A stretch of 64,000 nt of DNA from an uncultured Methanocellales archaeon (GCA_964631075.1 CAZVYP010000001.1:26647-90646); one strand, 5' to 3'; positions 26,653-39,243 are shown, counted from the stretch's first letter. Translations and numbers: made by a program. The notes: generated by a model from the letters alone, not told the origin.

Positions 26653-29277
26653 ATGACAAGTCCAAAGCGAATTGGCAAAATAAGATTTGGCTTGCTTTCA
26701 CCAAAAGAGATCCGAAAGATGAGCGTCACGAAGATCATAACAGCGGACACATATGATGACGATGGCTACCCGATCGAGATGGGCCTCATGGATCCCAGGC
26801 TCGGGGTAATAGATCCAGGTCTGAGATGCAAAACCTGCGGAGGGAGACCTGGCGAGTGCCCCGGTCACTTTGGACACATTGAGCTTGCTGCTCCGGTGAT
26901 CCACGTTGGCTTTGCTCGATTTATCCGGAAGATTTTGAAGATCACCTGCAGGAAATGCGGACGACTGCTGCTGCCGGAGGATGTTAAAAAGTATTATCTT
27001 AAGAAGATGGATGAGATGGCGAAAATAGGCGAGAGCGTTGACGACGTCATCAGAGATGTTTTCAAAGACGCAAGAAGAGCCAACGTCTGCCCGCACTGCA
27101 ATGAAACACAGCTTGAAATTAAATTCGAAAAGCCAACTGGCTATATAGAAGAGGGACACAAGCTTATGCCTGCCGACGTTCGCGATCGACTTGAAAGAAT
27201 TCCGGATGATGATGTAAGGGTCTTCGGCATGGATCCGAAGAATGCCAGACCTGAATGGATGGTTCTCACCGTGCTGCCGGTGCCGCCTGTAACTACCCGT
27301 CCGTCTATCACTCTTGAGAGCGGTCAGCGATCGGAAGACGACCTCACGCATAAGCTGGTGGATATTATCAGGATAAACCAGAGATTTCAGGAGAACCGCG
27401 AAGTCGGTGCGCCTCAGCTTATTATCGAGGACCTGTGGGAGCTACTGCAGTATCATATAACCACTTTCCTGGATAATGAGGTATCAGGCGTTCCGCCTGC
27501 CAGGCATCGATCCGGTAGACCGCTTAAAACTCTTTCTCAGCGTCTTAAAGGTAAGGAAGGCCGCTTCCGGGGCTCGCTCTCCGGCAAGCGCGTGAACTTC
27601 TCAGCGCGCACGGTAATTTCCCCTGATCCAAACTTAAGCATAAACGAAGTTGGCGTACCCGTTAGAATCGCCAAGGAAATGACGGTTCCAGTTCGAGTCT
27701 CTGCAAGAAATATTGAGGATGCAAAGGAATACGTGCGGAGGGGCCCTGAGAATCATCCAGGTGCAAACTATGTTACCCGCCTTGACGGGAGAAGGGTTAA
27801 GGTGGCAGAGAAAAATTGTGAAGAGCTTTCTCAAAGCCTTGAGATTGGATGGATAGTTGACAGACAGCTCAGAGACGAGGATATAGTGCTCTTCAACCGT
27901 CAACCATCTTTGCACCGAATGAGCATAATGTCGCACAGAGTCAAGGTAATGCCCTATAAGACTTTCCGACTCAATCCCGCGGTTTGCCCGCCATATAACG
28001 CCGATTTCGACGGCGATGAGATGAACATGCACGTGCCGCAAACCGAAGAAGCGCGTGCCGAGGCAAAGATTTTGATGATGGTGGAAGAAAACATCCTTTC
28101 ACCAAGATTCGGAGGACCGATCATAGGCGGGATACACGACCACATCTCAGGCTTATACCTGCTCACAAGAGGAGAGGCGATATTTTATGAGAACAATGCT
28201 CTTGAGCTGCTCAGAAAATCTAAGATAAAGAAGCTTCCAAAACCGGCTGGAATGAAAGATGAGAAGCCTTACTGGACTGGAAAGCAGATCTTCAGCGCAC
28301 TCCTGCCAAAGAATTTGAACCTTAGCTATAAAGCAGAGGTATGTGATGATTGCGAGACCTGTAAAGCAGAAGCCTGCGAGCGAGATGCATACGTGGTAAT
28401 AAAGAACGGACAGCTAAAGCACGGCACTATCGACGAAAAAGCACTTGGAGCTTTTACAGGTCACATTCTTGATAGAATAATAAAAGAATACGGAGCAGAA
28501 GCCGCTAAGGACTTCCTGGACAATGCCACGAGACTGGCGATCAGAAGCATAATGCACTTCGGCTTCAGCTTTGGCATAGACGACGAGGACATTCCCAAGG
28601 AAGCACAGAATCAGATCAGCGAGATCGTTGAGAAAGCCGAGGAAAAAGTTCATGCACTAATCAAGGCATACGAAGCAGGCGAGCTTGATGCATTACCGGG
28701 AAGAACGCTTGACGAGACCCTTGAGATGAAGATCATGCAGGAGCTCGGTAGAGCCAGGGACAACGCCGGTAATATTGCCGGGCGCCACCTTGGACTTGAT
28801 AACTCCGCGGTAATAATGGCGGTCTCAGGTGCCCGGGGATCTATGCTGAACCTCACCCAGATGTCCGCCTGTGTAGGACAGCAATCGGTGCGAGGAGAGC
28901 GAATTTCACGCGGGTATGAATCCAGAACCCTGCCTCACTTCAGAAAGGGCGATAGAGGAGCGGAGGCAAGAGGCTTTGTCAAGTCCAACTATAAGAGCGG
29001 ATTATCTCCAACTGAGTTCTTCTTTCACGCAATGGGCGGCAGAGAGGGCCTTGTTGACACAGCAGTTCGAACCTCGCAGTCGGGTTATTTGCAGCGGCGG
29101 CTGATTAATGCTTTGCAGGACTTGGAAGTCAAATACGACGGCACCGTTAGAGAGACTGGTGGCACAATTGTGCAGTTCACCTATGGTGAAGATGGTATAG
29201 ATCCAAGCAAGAGTGATTATGGAAAATCTGTGAACGTTAAAAGAATAGTTGAAGGCACTTTAGGGGAGAGGACATAA
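26653..29277 (+). CDS. rpoA1: DNA-directed RNA polymerase subunit A' (Rpo1N)
   Basis: N-terminal zinc-binding region ([24 protein letters not shown]) and catalytic [10 protein letters not shown] motif. Start at ATG 26653 (MTSPKRIG) after GGGAGG. Confidence 0.9.
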   Translation: MTSPKRIGKIRFGLLSPKEIRKMSVTKIITADTYDDDGYPIEMGLMDPRLGVIDPGLRCKTCGGRPGECPGHFGHIELAAPVIHVGFARFIRKILKITCRKCGRLLLPEDVKKYYLKKMDEMAKIGESVDDVIRDVFKDARRANVCPHCNETQLEIKFEKPTGYIEEGHKLMPADVRDRLERIPDDDVRVFGMDPKNARPEWMVLTVLPVPPVTTRPSITLESGQRSEDDLTHKLVDIIRINQRFQENREVGAPQLIIEDLWELLQYHITTFLDNEVSGVPPARHRSGRPLKTLSQRLKGKEGRFRGSLSGKRVNFSARTVISPDPNLSINEVGVPVRIAKEMTVPVRVSARNIEDAKEYVRRGPENHPGANYVTRLDGRRVKVAEKNCEELSQSLEIGWIVDRQLRDEDIVLFNRQPSLHRMSIMSHRVKVMPYKTFRLNPAVCPPYNADFDGDEMNMHVPQTEEARAEAKILMMVEENILSPRFGGPIIGGIHDHISGLYLLTRGEAIFYENNALELLRKSKIKKLPKPAGMKDEKPYWTGKQIFSALLPKNLNLSYKAEVCDDCETCKAEACERDAYVVIKNGQLKHGTIDEKALGAFTGHILDRIIKEYGAEAAKDFLDNATRLAIRSIMHFGFSFGIDDEDIPKEAQNQISEIVEKAEEKVHALIKAYEAGELDALPGRTLDETLEMKIMQELGRARDNAGNIAGRHLGLDNSAVIMAVSGARGSMLNLTQMSACVGQQSVRGERISRGYESRTLPHFRKGDRGAEARGFVKSNYKSGLSPTEFFFHAMGGREGLVDTAVRTSQSGYLQRRLINALQDLEVKYDGTVRETGGTIVQFTYGEDGIDPSKSDYGKSVNVKRIVEGTLGERT

Positions 29278-29279
29278 GC

Positions 29280-30473
29280 ATGAACGTCAGCACACTAGAG
29301 AAAAAGCTTGCAAGCGTAAACCTTCCTCAAAACATTAAGGAGGAAGTAGTTGAAGAACTGCGCGATGCTGAGATCAGCAGTGAGCAGCTTGATGAAATTC
29401 TGCAAAAAACAGTTGAGGCTTATGAGAGGGCAAAGGTCGAGCCCTGCGAAGCGGTCGGAACCGTGGCCGCGCAATCAATAGGCGAGCCCGGAACTCAAAT
29501 GACGATGAGAACTTTCCACTACGCCGGCGTGGCTGAAATCGATGTCTGCCTTGGCTTACCAAGACTGATCGAGATACTCGACGCAAGAAAAGAGCCATCA
29601 ACGCCTATGATGAACATCAAGCTAAAAGGCGAGTATGCCAGAGACAGAGACAAAGTCAAAGAAATCGCATGGGAAATAGAGGCAACAAACATCCTTGACT
29701 TGGGCAGCATTGAGACCGAGCTCGATAAAATGAAAGTGACGATAAAGCTCAATGAGCGCATACTCGAGCAGAGAAAAATTGAAGCGGAGTACGTCCGCAA
29801 GAGAATACAGGATGGAATCGATCTTGAGGTAAAGCTCGAAGGTAACACTCTGCATTTTGCTCCGGAGAAATCTTCTTACAGAGGGCTGCTGCAGCTGATT
29901 GAAAAAGTAAAGCGCATCACAATAAAAGGTTTTGACGGAATCAAAAGAGTTGTGATAAGAAAAGAGGGAGAAGAATACACGCTGTATACTGAAGGTTCCT
30001 CTCTTGAATACCTTTTTTATCCAGAAAAAGCAGTTAAGGCAAAAAAAATCACAAGCGAATCAGCGAAGATCATAGCAGATGGTGTAGACCCGAGCAGAAC
30101 AACCTCGAATAACATAAATGAAATAGCAGATGTGCTGGGAATAGAAGCAGCGAGAAGCGCGGTAATTCACGAAGCCACAGAAACACTCAAAGAGCAGGGA
30201 CTGGATGTTGACATTCGCCATATAATGCTTGCCGCAGATATCATGACGGTTGATGGCAAGGTAAAGCAAATCGGCAGACACGGCGTTGCGGGCGAAAAAG
30301 CCAGTGTCTTCTCAAGAGCAGCTTTCGAAGTAACGGTGAACCACCTGCTTGATGCAGCGGTTCGCGGAGACATAGATGAACTTGCAGGTGTAACTGAAAA
30401 TGTAATCGTCGGCCAGCCAATCCAGCTTGGCACAGGAAATGTTACGCTCATAGCAAAGCATATGGAAAAATAG
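29280..30473 (+). CDS. rpoA2: DNA-directed RNA polymerase subunit A'' (Rpo1C)
   Basis: 397 aa with trigger-loop and jaw-region conservation ([17 protein letters not shown]). Follows rpoA1 immediately. Confidence 0.9.
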   Translation: MNVSTLEKKLASVNLPQNIKEEVVEELRDAEISSEQLDEILQKTVEAYERAKVEPCEAVGTVAAQSIGEPGTQMTMRTFHYAGVAEIDVCLGLPRLIEILDARKEPSTPMMNIKLKGEYARDRDKVKEIAWEIEATNILDLGSIETELDKMKVTIKLNERILEQRKIEAEYVRKRIQDGIDLEVKLEGNTLHFAPEKSSYRGLLQLIEKVKRITIKGFDGIKRVVIRKEGEEYTLYTEGSSLEYLFYPEKAVKAKKITSESAKIIADGVDPSRTTSNNINEIADVLGIEAARSAVIHEATETLKEQGLDVDIRHIMLAADIMTVDGKVKQIGRHGVAGEKASVFSRAAFEVTVNHLLDAAVRGDIDELAGVTENVIVGQPIQLGTGNVTLIAKHMEK

Positions 30474-30488
30474 AATGGAGGCGAGAAA

Positions 30489-30779
30489 GTGGACCTAGAG
30501 CGCGCACTACAAAATACAATTAAAACCGGTAAGGTCAAAATAGGAACAAAACAGACAATTAAAGCCGCTAAAAATGGAGCGCCAAAGCTCGTGATAATAG
30601 CTAGAAATTGCCCGCCAGATGTAAGAAAACAGATTGAAGCAACGAAGATACCTGTGTATGATTACTCCGGTCAGAGCATCGATTTAGGAGCGGCATGCGG
30701 CTTGCCGTACACCATCGCAGCGATGGCTATAATCGAGCCTGGAGAATCGGAGATCTTAAGTCTGCTCAGAGGTGCATAG
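30489..30779 (+). CDS. rpl30e: 50S ribosomal protein L30e
   Basis: LERALQNTIKTGKVKIGTKQTIKAAKNGAPKLVIIARNCPPD is the L30e/L7Ae fold. GTG start. Confidence 0.85.
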   Translation: MDLERALQNTIKTGKVKIGTKQTIKAAKNGAPKLVIIARNCPPDVRKQIEATKIPVYDYSGQSIDLGAACGLPYTIAAMAIIEPGESEILSLLRGA

Positions 30780-31211
30780 ATGAGCGAGGTAAAGCTCACA
30801 ATCGAGGGCATAAGATACATCGCATTATTCGAGAGCCTAACTGGAGCTACTGCGAGGGACTGCATCGTTGATGAGGCAAATGACCGCGTGATACTGGTAG
30901 TCAGGAAAGGCGACATGGGACTTGCAATTGGAAAAAAAGGCAGCAATATTAACCGTGTGAAGAAAACACTGGGTAAAGAAGTGGAGATAGTAGAGTATTC
31001 GGAGCGCCCTGAGGAGTTCATCGGCAACGCCCTGCTACCGGTTGTCGTTAAAAAGGTAAACGTGGTAAGCAAGGAAAGCAAGCGATTAGCTTATGTAGAA
31101 GTTCCTACTAAAGATAAAGGCCTTGCTATAGGAAAAAATGGCCGCAATATAAACAAGGCCAAGCTCCTGGCGCAGAGGCACTACAACTTAAGCGATATTA
31201 TCATCCAATAA
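30780..31211 (+). CDS. nusA: Transcription termination/antitermination factor NusA (archaeal two-KH type)
   Basis: 143 aa with two KH motifs (GLAIGKKGSNINRV, GLAIGKNGRNINKA). Confidence 0.85.
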   Translation: MSEVKLTIEGIRYIALFESLTGATARDCIVDEANDRVILVVRKGDMGLAIGKKGSNINRVKKTLGKEVEIVEYSERPEEFIGNALLPVVVKKVNVVSKESKRLAYVEVPTKDKGLAIGKNGRNINKAKLLAQRHYNLSDIIIQ

Positions 31212-31226
31212 ATTGGAGGCATATAA

Positions 31227-31655
31227 TTGGCCAGAGGAATGTTTGCAGCACGAAAGCTCAGTAAGGAGCGACAGAATTACAGGTGGAGCGAGCGCCGCTA
31301 CAAGCGCAGATTGCTCAAATTAGATGAAAAAGCCGACCCGCTGGAGGGCGCACCTCAGGGAAGGGGGATTGTACTCGAAAAAGTCGGAATAGAGGCAAAG
31401 CAGCCCAACTCTGCGATTCGAAAGGCAGTAAGAATACAGCTCATCAAAAACGGCCGGCAGCTGACCGCTTTCTGCCCGGGTGACGGGGCAATTAATTTCA
31501 TAGACGAGCACGACGAGGTGATGGTAGAAGGACTGGGCGGTCGCCTGGGAAGAAGCATGGGGGACATCTCTGGAGTGAGATTTAAGGTTTGCGCGGTTAA
31601 CAACACCTCGCTCGACGAACTCGTGCGCGGTAGAAAAGAGAAACCGGTGAGGTGA
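31227..31655 (+). CDS. rps12: 30S ribosomal protein S12 (uS12)
   Basis: [29 protein letters not shown] is the conserved S12 core. Confidence 0.9.
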   Translation: MARGMFAARKLSKERQNYRWSERRYKRRLLKLDEKADPLEGAPQGRGIVLEKVGIEAKQPNSAIRKAVRIQLIKNGRQLTAFCPGDGAINFIDEHDEVMVEGLGGRLGRSMGDISGVRFKVCAVNNTSLDELVRGRKEKPVR

Positions 31656-31659
31656 GCGA

Positions 31660-32265
31660 GTGAGCGAAGAGACAAAAGCTGAGGCAAAAGAGAGCAATGC
31701 CGAACCAAACAGGATATTTGGAAAGTGGGATGTCACTCAAATTCAAATCTCAGATCCGAGCATAAAGAGATATATAAATCTCGGTGCCACGATGGTGCCT
31801 CACTCAAGCGGCAGAATGGCTAGGAAAACCTTTGGAAAAGCAGAGGTACCTATAGTTGAGCGATTGATTAACAAAATGATGAGAGGGGAGGACAACACCG
31901 GGAAGAAGTACAAAGCTTATAACATTGTTAAAGATGCCTTTGAAATCATAAACAAGAAAACGGGTAAAAACCCGGTTGAAATGCTGATAAAAGCAATTGA
32001 GAATGCAGGATCAAGAGAGGAGACCGTAAGACTTAAATATGGTGGCATAAACGTGCCAAAAGCCGTCGACACCGCACCTATGCGCAGAGTGGACCAAGCT
32101 TTAATGTTCATCGCACAGGGCGCACAGCAGGCTTCCTTTAAGAATAAAAGACGGCTGGAAGAATGCCTGGCTTCCGAGATAATCTCCGCGGCTAATTATG
32201 AAGTAAAAAGCTCGGCAATCAGCAGAAAAGATGAGAAAGAGCGAATAGCCAAAGCAGCGCGATAG
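31660..32265 (+). CDS. rps7: 30S ribosomal protein S7 (uS7)
   Basis: 201 aa. [23 protein letters not shown] and the S7 fold. Position in the str-like cluster. Confidence 0.9.
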   Translation: MSEETKAEAKESNAEPNRIFGKWDVTQIQISDPSIKRYINLGATMVPHSSGRMARKTFGKAEVPIVERLINKMMRGEDNTGKKYKAYNIVKDAFEIINKKTGKNPVEMLIKAIENAGSREETVRLKYGGINVPKAVDTAPMRRVDQALMFIAQGAQQASFKNKRRLEECLASEIISAANYEVKSSAISRKDEKERIAKAAR

Positions 32266-32291
32266 CAAGCGAGCAGAAGAGGGATGAAACA

Positions 32292-34478
32292 ATGGGCAGA
32301 AGAGAAAAAATGGTTGCCTCTGCAAGAAAGCTGATGGATCAACCTGAGAGCATCAGAAACATATGCACCATTGCACATATAGATCACGGCAAAACCACTC
32401 TCTCTGACAACCTGATCGCCGGCGCAGGAATTATATCGATGGATCTCGCTGCTGAGCAGCTTATTATGGACTTCGACGAGATGGAGCAAGCGAGAGGAAT
32501 AACCATAAACGCTGCGAACATCTCCATGGTGCACGAAGTCGAAGGAGAAGAGTATCTTATCAATCTAATCGACACCCCTGGTCACGTTGATTTTGGCGGC
32601 GATGTAACTCGCGCGATGCGCGCGGTGGACGGCGCCATTGTGCTCGTCGATGCAGTGGAGAGCATAATGCCACAGACCGAGACCGTGCTGAGGCAGGCTC
32701 TTAGAGAGGGAGTAAAGCCTGTTTTATTCATCAACAAAGTTGACCGTCTGATAAACGAGCTTAAAGTCAGCCCACAGGAGATGCAGATACGCCTTGGCAA
32801 GATAATAGACGGCGTTAACAAACTGATAAAGGGCATGAGCGAAGAAAAATACAACGCAGGGTGGCGCGTCGATGCCTCCCTCGGAACGGTTGCCTTTGGC
32901 TCGGCCAAATACAAATGGGGAATCTCAGTACCATATATGCAGAAGAGCAAGATCACCTTTAAAGAAATCTATGATTACCTCCGGGGAGGAAAAACAGAAG
33001 AACTCACGAAGATCTGCCCCCTGTACATAGTAGTGCTTGATATGGTGGTAAAGCACCTGCAGAATCCAATTCAGTCGCAGAAAAGCCGTATTCCGATCAT
33101 CTGGAAGGGCGATATCAACAGCCCTGAGGGACAGGCAATGATAAACTGCGACCGCAATGGTCCGGTTGCCTTTATGATCTCTGACATCGTTTACGACCCT
33201 CACGCCGGAGAGGTAGCGGTCGGACGATTGTTCAGTGGCACTCTGAGCAGAGGTGTGCAGCTCCACATTTCTGGCACGCACTTTGTAGAGAGGGTGCAGC
33301 AGGTCTCTCTGTTTATGGGTGGAGATAGAGAAGAGGTTGAGACAATACCAGCAGGCAATATCGCCGCGGTAACAGGCTTAAAGCAGGCGATAGTCGGCAC
33401 AACCGCTTCGACAATTAAAATGACTCCGTTTGAAAGCATCAAGCACTACAGCGAGCCTGTCATGACCGTGGCGGTAGAAGCCAAGAATATGAAAGACCTG
33501 CCAAAGCTCATCGAGGTGCTGAGGCAGCTTTCAAAGGAGGATCCCACTCTTCAGGTACAAATCGACGAAGAAACCGGCGAGCATTTGATGTCGGGTATGG
33601 GCGAGCTGCATCTTGAAATTAAAGCTGCTTTGATCGAGCGTGACTGGAAGGTGCCCATAACCACTTCCACACCCATAGTGGTATATAGAGAGAGCGTGAA
33701 AGGCACTTCGCCTTCAGTTGAGGGCAAATCTCCAAACAGACACAATCGCTTCTACATAATTGTCGAGCCCCTTGGAGACAAAATCGTTGAGATGATAAAG
33801 CTCGGCGAAGTTTCAAACACGATGATGGAGCTTGAGAGGAGAAAAGCGCTGATCGCCGCTGGCATGGATAAAGAAGAGGCAAAAAATGTAGTCGAGATCT
33901 TCGGCACAAATATCTTCCTGAACATGACCAAGGGCATTCAATACCTCACCGAGACGATGGAGCTCGTACTGGAAGGCTATCACGAGTCAATGAGAAATGG
34001 CCCTCTTACCAGAGAGCCCTGCCAGGGCATGAAGGTCAAACTCGTGGATGTAAAGCTGCACGAAGACGCAGTGCATCGAGGACCCGGACAAGTTATACCA
34101 GCAGTCAGACAGGCAATCCATGCAGCAATTTTACTCGCAGATCCCGTGATTCTAGAGCCAGTTCAAAAAGTAACAATATTCGTGCCCGAAAAATATATGG
34201 GCAACTCCACCTCAGAGATCCAAGGTAGAAGAGGGCAGATCTATGAAATCCGGAGCGAAGGCGATACAACCGTGATAGTCGGAAATGCACCGGTAGCAGA
34301 GCTCTTCGGCTTTTCAGGAGACATAAGATCAGCAACGGAAGGAAGGGCGCTCTGGAACACGGAGAATGCTGGCTTTGCTCCTGTGCCTCCAAGCCTGCAG
34401 CTTGAGGTCGTGGGAAAGATAAGGCAGAGGAAAGGCTTGAAAGCAGAGCTACCTAAACCATCTGATTTCGTAGATTGA
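32292..34478 (+). CDS. fusA: Elongation factor 2 (aEF-2)
   Basis: G-domain motifs [21 protein letters not shown], and the diphthamide-region HRGPGQ near the C-terminal domain IV. Confidence 0.95.
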   Translation: MGRREKMVASARKLMDQPESIRNICTIAHIDHGKTTLSDNLIAGAGIISMDLAAEQLIMDFDEMEQARGITINAANISMVHEVEGEEYLINLIDTPGHVDFGGDVTRAMRAVDGAIVLVDAVESIMPQTETVLRQALREGVKPVLFINKVDRLINELKVSPQEMQIRLGKIIDGVNKLIKGMSEEKYNAGWRVDASLGTVAFGSAKYKWGISVPYMQKSKITFKEIYDYLRGGKTEELTKICPLYIVVLDMVVKHLQNPIQSQKSRIPIIWKGDINSPEGQAMINCDRNGPVAFMISDIVYDPHAGEVAVGRLFSGTLSRGVQLHISGTHFVERVQQVSLFMGGDREEVETIPAGNIAAVTGLKQAIVGTTASTIKMTPFESIKHYSEPVMTVAVEAKNMKDLPKLIEVLRQLSKEDPTLQVQIDEETGEHLMSGMGELHLEIKAALIERDWKVPITTSTPIVVYRESVKGTSPSVEGKSPNRHNRFYIIVEPLGDKIVEMIKLGEVSNTMMELERRKALIAAGMDKEEAKNVVEIFGTNIFLNMTKGIQYLTETMELVLEGYHESMRNGPLTREPCQGMKVKLVDVKLHEDAVHRGPGQVIPAVRQAIHAAILLADPVILEPVQKVTIFVPEKYMGNSTSEIQGRRGQIYEIRSEGDTTVIVGNAPVAELFGFSGDIRSATEGRALWNTENAGFAPVPPSLQLEVVGKIRQRKGLKAELPKPSDFVD

Positions 34479-34541
34479 TAGAAAACATTAAGTCTAAAAA
34501 TGTAAATAAGAAGATAAATTCGTGAATGAGGAGGAACGAAA

Positions 34542-35816
34542 ATGGCAGAAAAACCACATATGAACCTGTCAACCTTAGGACATGTTGATCATGGTAAATC
34601 AACCATCGTCGGTCGATTACTATTCGAAACTGGAATAGTTCCCGAGCACGTCATCGCAGGATATAAAAAAGAAGCAGAAGCCAAAGGCAAAGCAACTTTC
34701 GAATATGCCTGGGTAATGGACTCACTCAAGGAAGAGCGCGAGAGAGGGCTTACAATAGATATAGCCCATCAAAAATTTGTTACAGATAAATACTACTTCA
34801 CCATTGTCGACTGCCCCGGGCACAGGGACTTCGTTAAGAATATGATAACAGGCGCCTCACAGGCGGATGCAGCGGTGCTTGTCGTAAGCGCTGCTGAAGG
34901 TGAGAGCGTGCAGCCCCAGACAAGAGAGCACGTGTTCCTGGCGAGAACCCTTGGTATCCAGCAGATGATAGTTGCCATCAATAAGATAGACGCGGTCAAC
35001 TACAGCGAGGCAAGATTCAAACAGGTAAAAGAAGACGTTACAAAACTTTTAAAGACAGTTGGCTACAAGACCGAAGATATCCCGTTTATCCCGACGTCGG
35101 GATTGAAGGGCGATAACATATTCAAGCGCAGCGAGAACACCAAGTGGTATAATGGTCCGACTCTGCTCGATACATTCAACGCCTTGAAGCTGCCCGAGAA
35201 ACCGGTGCACCTCCCGCTCCGCGTGCCGGTGCAGGACGTCTACACCATCTCAGGCGTGGGCACAGTGCCGGTTGGCAGAGTGGAGAGCGGCAAGATGAAG
35301 AAGGGCGACAAGATCGTATTCATGCCCTCAAATGCATCCGGGGAAGTCAAGTCAATCGAAATGCACCACGAAGAAATCAATGAAGCCGTGCCTGGAGACA
35401 ACATAGGCTGGAACGTGCGCGGAGTCGGCAAAACAGATATAAGAAGGGGAGACGTCTGCGGACACCCGGATAGGGCACCGACAGTTGCAGAGGAGTTCAC
35501 AGCCCAGATAGTCGTGCTGCAGCATCCAAGCGCAATAACAGCAGGTTACACGCCAGTCTTCCACTGCCACACCGCACAGGTAGCATGCACAATAACCGAA
35601 CTCAAGAAGAAGCTGGATCCAAGAACCGGTGCTACGAAAGAAGAAAACCCGGCGTTCATCAAAACCGGCGATGCAGCAATCATACAGGTAAAGCCAACAA
35701 GACCTGTTGTAATAGAAAAGGTCAAAGATATACCCCCGCTCGGACGATTCGCGATTCGAGATATGGGCTTAACCATTGCAGCAGGCATGTGCATCGACGT
35801 CAAAAAGAAAACATAA
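34542..35816 (+). CDS. tuf: Elongation factor 1-alpha (aEF-1A)
   Basis: [21 protein letters not shown] motifs; 424 aa. Confidence 0.95.
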   Translation: MAEKPHMNLSTLGHVDHGKSTIVGRLLFETGIVPEHVIAGYKKEAEAKGKATFEYAWVMDSLKEERERGLTIDIAHQKFVTDKYYFTIVDCPGHRDFVKNMITGASQADAAVLVVSAAEGESVQPQTREHVFLARTLGIQQMIVAINKIDAVNYSEARFKQVKEDVTKLLKTVGYKTEDIPFIPTSGLKGDNIFKRSENTKWYNGPTLLDTFNALKLPEKPVHLPLRVPVQDVYTISGVGTVPVGRVESGKMKKGDKIVFMPSNASGEVKSIEMHHEEINEAVPGDNIGWNVRGVGKTDIRRGDVCGHPDRAPTVAEEFTAQIVVLQHPSAITAGYTPVFHCHTAQVACTITELKKKLDPRTGATKEENPAFIKTGDAAIIQVKPTRPVVIEKVKDIPPLGRFAIRDMGLTIAAGMCIDVKKKT

Positions 35817-35843
35817 ACAAACAGGGAAAAATTGGTGATAAAA

Positions 35844-36155
35844 ATGGCACAGAGGGCCAGAATTAGACTATCAGGCACAAGTCCAGATAAGCTTGAGGAA
35901 ATATGCAAGCAGGTGAAGCAGATAGCAGAGCGCACAGGCGTCAACATTCATGGTCCAGTGCCACTCCCAACCAAGCGCCTCGTAGTACCCTGCCGCAAGT
36001 CTCCGGATGGCGAAGGCTCGGCAACCTTCGACCACTGGGAGATGCGCGTCCACAAGCGGCTTATAGATATAGACGCAGACGAAAGAGCGCTGAGGCAATT
36101 GATGAGAATACAGGTGCCCAAAGACGTGAACATCGAGATAGTGCTGGAAAGTTAG
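35844..36155 (+). CDS. rps10: 30S ribosomal protein S10 (uS10)
   Basis: [46 protein letters not shown] is typical S10. A GGTGA RBS precedes ATG 35844; the ORF-track start at 35832 is also possible. Confidence 0.9.
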   Translation: MAQRARIRLSGTSPDKLEEICKQVKQIAERTGVNIHGPVPLPTKRLVVPCRKSPDGEGSATFDHWEMRVHKRLIDIDADERALRQLMRIQVPKDVNIEIVLES

Positions 36156-36183
36156 TTAAAAGGCATTCTCTGAGATAGTTTCC

Positions 36184-36194
36184 TATTTTTCTTT
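36184..36194 (+). terminator. Oligo-T tract, candidate archaeal terminator of the rpo-EF-S10 operon
   Basis: ctaTTTTTCTTT lies ~30 nt after the S10 stop. Archaeal RNAP terminates at T-tracts. Confidence 0.3.
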
Positions 36195-36274
36195 AGATAA
36201 TATCAGAGCCAGCTGTGTAGCTTAGAGAATCTTTATGTACAGCATAAATTTAATAGACTTTAGATAACGAGATT

Positions 36275-36775
36275 ATGTCTGAGCCAGAGAGATTCGCAGC
36301 TAACAGCTTATTGATCGGTTTATTCCTCATATCAACCATTTTTTTAGGACTTCTATTTTTCAAACAGGATATGACCTGTCTTTGCCTGAGCTGCAATGCC
36401 AGAGACGTTCAGCCTGTAGAGGGAGTTGTGCTGGTTTTCCTCGGAGGTGGAGCCACACTCCTTGCTGCGCGTAATTTACCGCCTCCACAACCGGGAGAGG
36501 CAAGCACCGGCGAGAGAGAGGGTATTTTAAGCACGATCTGGTCAGCCGCCTGGGGCGCTGTGCAGAATTTCCTTCCGGTGACACCTCCCACGGTGGCGGG
36601 TCCGGGAATTGTTGATAGCGCTCTTTACCTCAATAAAATTCGAAGTGCCAAAAGTCCTGAAGAGGCAAATCGCGCTGCGGCAACTGAGATATGGGATATG
36701 CTGCTCCCTGGACTTGGGGATAAAATGAAGCCTGCAACTGAGAGCTTGCTTGATCTGGGGAAAAAAGATGACTGA
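36275..36775 (+). CDS. Small membrane-anchored protein (hypothetical)
   Basis: 166 aa with an N-terminal TM (LLIGLFLISTIFLGLLFF) and a Pro/Ala-rich soluble part. Its 3' end overlaps the start of the PrsW-like gene by 26 nt. Confidence 0.35.
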   Translation: MSEPERFAANSLLIGLFLISTIFLGLLFFKQDMTCLCLSCNARDVQPVEGVVLVFLGGGATLLAARNLPPPQPGEASTGEREGILSTIWSAAWGAVQNFLPVTPPTVAGPGIVDSALYLNKIRSAKSPEEANRAAATEIWDMLLPGLGDKMKPATESLLDLGKKDD

Positions 36776-37967
36776 AACGCGAGATAGTGGAAAAATATCA
36801 GCGAATTTGTTAAACTCAGATTTTTTCAGGCGAAATAGAAATGCAATTATTCTGGCGATTGTTTTTTTTATAGGTCTCTGGTTCACAAGGCTAACACCTG
36901 TCGGAATCCTCTGGGCTGTTTACTGGCCGGGTATCTTCGTGCTGCAACTGGTAATAATCACCACACCCTGGCGGATAGTATCTTTAAGGCAGGTAATGCT
37001 TATGTTTCTCCTGGGTATGAGCATTGTTCTGCTGCTGACATTCATAGTACAGTTTATTATGTTTGCTCTGGTTAATCTGGATGTGATCAGAAATACGCTT
37101 TACTCAGTAATTGGCAGCTATGATTTGATGGCATCTGTGGTTGCACCAGTTACCGAGGAGATATTCAAGATTGCTCCACTTGTTATGCTCCTCTGGGGAG
37201 GCTGGCGGGGATTTAAGTATATTTCCGGTCCGCTGGATACTGCGGTGCTTGCAGGTGCCTGCGGCGCAGGATTCGATTTTTTCGAGAACCTGCTCAGAGT
37301 TGCTAATAATAACTGGTTGGAGCTGGGACCTGATCGCGGCGTGCCGGTTGCAAGTCCTCAGCTCGGACCATTCTATATCTTCCCAGATATGCACGGGAGC
37401 ACCGCTTTCGGCAATCCAATGGTATGGTTCGGGCATGGCGAAATTACCGCATTCATAGGGCTTGCCATCGGGCTGGGCTGGTATTTGCGAAAAAAATCGC
37501 GATTCTGGTGGCTTATTCCAGGCGCAGCGCTTATCTGGGCAACCTGGGATCACTTTCTGGTCAACTACTATGCAACGCCACACGCCTACCGGGGATGGAC
37601 GAATATCCTGCCAGGTCTCGAGCTCTACGGCTGGTTACTGCCCATTGTTTTCCTGCTGGGCTTCTTCTACGCCATATATCTATCGAATAAGACGCAGCAG
37701 TGGTATCTAACGGTTGACAGAAAAGCCACGCTGGACAAAAGCCTGCCAGCATTGCTGCTTTCTTTTACCGCAAGACCGCAGTCGCTATTAAATCGATGTG
37801 CCTCGCTACTGCGTTTCTGGCGACTCCGCATTGCTGTAGCCAATGGTATGCGTAACTTCAGCCAGACTTCTCGTAACAAGCCAGTAAAATATGCTGCATT
37901 GCTTGCCACGCTGAGGGAACAGATGATGGCAGAGAGGGCAAGGCTGATTGGCGATCGAGCGGTGTAA
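36750..37967 (+). CDS. PrsW-family intramembrane metalloprotease (putative)
   Basis: Polytopic membrane protein with the PrsW motifs EEIFK (EExxK), GAGFDFFEN (FxxxEN) and WDHF (His). Confidence 0.55.
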   Translation: MIWGKKMTETRDSGKISANLLNSDFFRRNRNAIILAIVFFIGLWFTRLTPVGILWAVYWPGIFVLQLVIITTPWRIVSLRQVMLMFLLGMSIVLLLTFIVQFIMFALVNLDVIRNTLYSVIGSYDLMASVVAPVTEEIFKIAPLVMLLWGGWRGFKYISGPLDTAVLAGACGAGFDFFENLLRVANNNWLELGPDRGVPVASPQLGPFYIFPDMHGSTAFGNPMVWFGHGEITAFIGLAIGLGWYLRKKSRFWWLIPGAALIWATWDHFLVNYYATPHAYRGWTNILPGLELYGWLLPIVFLLGFFYAIYLSNKTQQWYLTVDRKATLDKSLPALLLSFTARPQSLLNRCASLLRFWRLRIAVANGMRNFSQTSRNKPVKYAALLATLREQMMAERARLIGDRAV

Positions 37968-37972
37968 TTCCA

Positions 37973-38443
37973 ATGCTTTCCCGCAAAATCTACTCCCGCT
38001 GGATGGAGAAGGAGCAGAGAGCAAAGATAGCCAGGATACTTGAAATTGTGCAACCTGAGGGAAAAATCCTCGACATAGGCTCAGGCCCTGGATTTCTGGA
38101 AGAAAAATTACCTCAGGCTATCGCGCTGGATGTAGATCTGGAGAACCTGAAAAAAATTGAGGGCACAAAAATGCTTGCAAGCGGAGATTACCTGCCATTT
38201 AAATCCGGGGCTATTGAAACAGTGTTCTGCATCGACAGCGTGCATTTGTTGAAGAACACCAAGGAAATAGCGCGGGTGCTGCGGGATGGCGGCATTGCAG
38301 TAATAACTGCATTCTGCAATGAATATAACAAGCAGGAAAAGTTAGAATCGCTGCAAAAGCTCTTTTCTGGGTTCGATATTGAGAGAGAAGCCATCGTACG
38401 GGGGGAGAGAGAGCTGGATGCTGTGATAGTTTGCAGGAAATAA
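37973..38443 (+). CDS. Class I SAM-dependent methyltransferase
   Basis: Motif I ILDIGSGPGFL, an acidic residue at the end of beta-2 (ALDVD), and a short 156-aa Rossmann core. Confidence 0.7.
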   Translation: MLSRKIYSRWMEKEQRAKIARILEIVQPEGKILDIGSGPGFLEEKLPQAIALDVDLENLKKIEGTKMLASGDYLPFKSGAIETVFCIDSVHLLKNTKEIARVLRDGGIAVITAFCNEYNKQEKLESLQKLFSGFDIEREAIVRGERELDAVIVCRK

Positions 38444-38514
38444 TAAGCAAAACCAAAAAGTTCTTAATGTTTTATACTGATATCAGTTAACCATTCGGAG
38501 ATCGGAGGTTAACA

Positions 38515-39150
38515 ATGTTTATTCACAGGTACCAGCGCGCAACTTATAATTTCTTCAAATGGAGAAGTGAAACGGATTATATCAATAAACTCGTCCTCGC
38601 GGCTGGCTTCGCAGTCTTCACGGGACTGCTCGCGCAGGTTAGATTGTATCTGCCGTTCACTCCTGTTCCGGTAACCGGGCAGACCTTCGCAGTCTTGCTG
38701 ACAGGAGTGATGCTTGGTTCGCGATACGGCGCTCTGAGCCAGGGGATTTACGCGGCGCTTGGCTTCGCAGGCATACCGTGGTTTGCCGGTTGGAGGGGTG
38801 GTATCGAATTGCTTACAGGAGTAACCGCAGGCTACATAGCTGGGTTTATACTCGCTGCAACAGTAATTGGCTGGTTTACCGATCGCTATGTAAAATCCCG
38901 CAGCTATGGTGGCATGCTGCTGTTGATGCTCCTCGGCTCGGCAATAATCTTAATCTCAGGGGCAACAGTGCTTGCGCTGATAATGCACACAAATCTGGAG
39001 CAAACCCTTGTAATGGGCGTGTTGCCATTCATTCCAGGTGACATTTTTAAAGCCACTTTAGCAGCGGGTATCGCAAGTGCACTTGCACCTAAAGAAGCGT
39101 TTAACAGCGAGGTGGATGCGGGTTATCAACCGAGGAGCTGGCTATTCTAA
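38515..39150 (+). CDS. bioY: Biotin transporter BioY (ECF S-component)
   Basis: LPFTPVPVTGQTFAVLLTGVMLGSRYGALSQGIYAALG is the BioY signature. ~190-aa 5-6 TM protein. Confidence 0.75.
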   Translation: MFIHRYQRATYNFFKWRSETDYINKLVLAAGFAVFTGLLAQVRLYLPFTPVPVTGQTFAVLLTGVMLGSRYGALSQGIYAALGFAGIPWFAGWRGGIELLTGVTAGYIAGFILAATVIGWFTDRYVKSRSYGGMLLLMLLGSAIILISGATVLALIMHTNLEQTLVMGVLPFIPGDIFKATLAAGIASALAPKEAFNSEVDAGYQPRSWLF

Positions 39151-39243
39151 ATTTTAATTTTATTTTTATTTGTTATATAAATATATTATTTTATAAAAGA
39201 TGCTGAACAAGCTATATAGCCAAAGAAATATTACCTTTAGACC

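Noticed and set aside
23660-30538. Numerous 60-160-aa ORFs on the minus strand within rpoB, rpoA' and rpoA'' (e.g. 25452-25925, 26698-27351, 30167-30538)
   Set aside because: Antisense to highly conserved RNAP genes, with no motifs and biased composition.
36156-36274. Possible tRNA after rps10 (gccagctgtgtagcttagagaatc)
   Set aside because: It cannot be folded into a cloverleaf with acceptor and T-arm.
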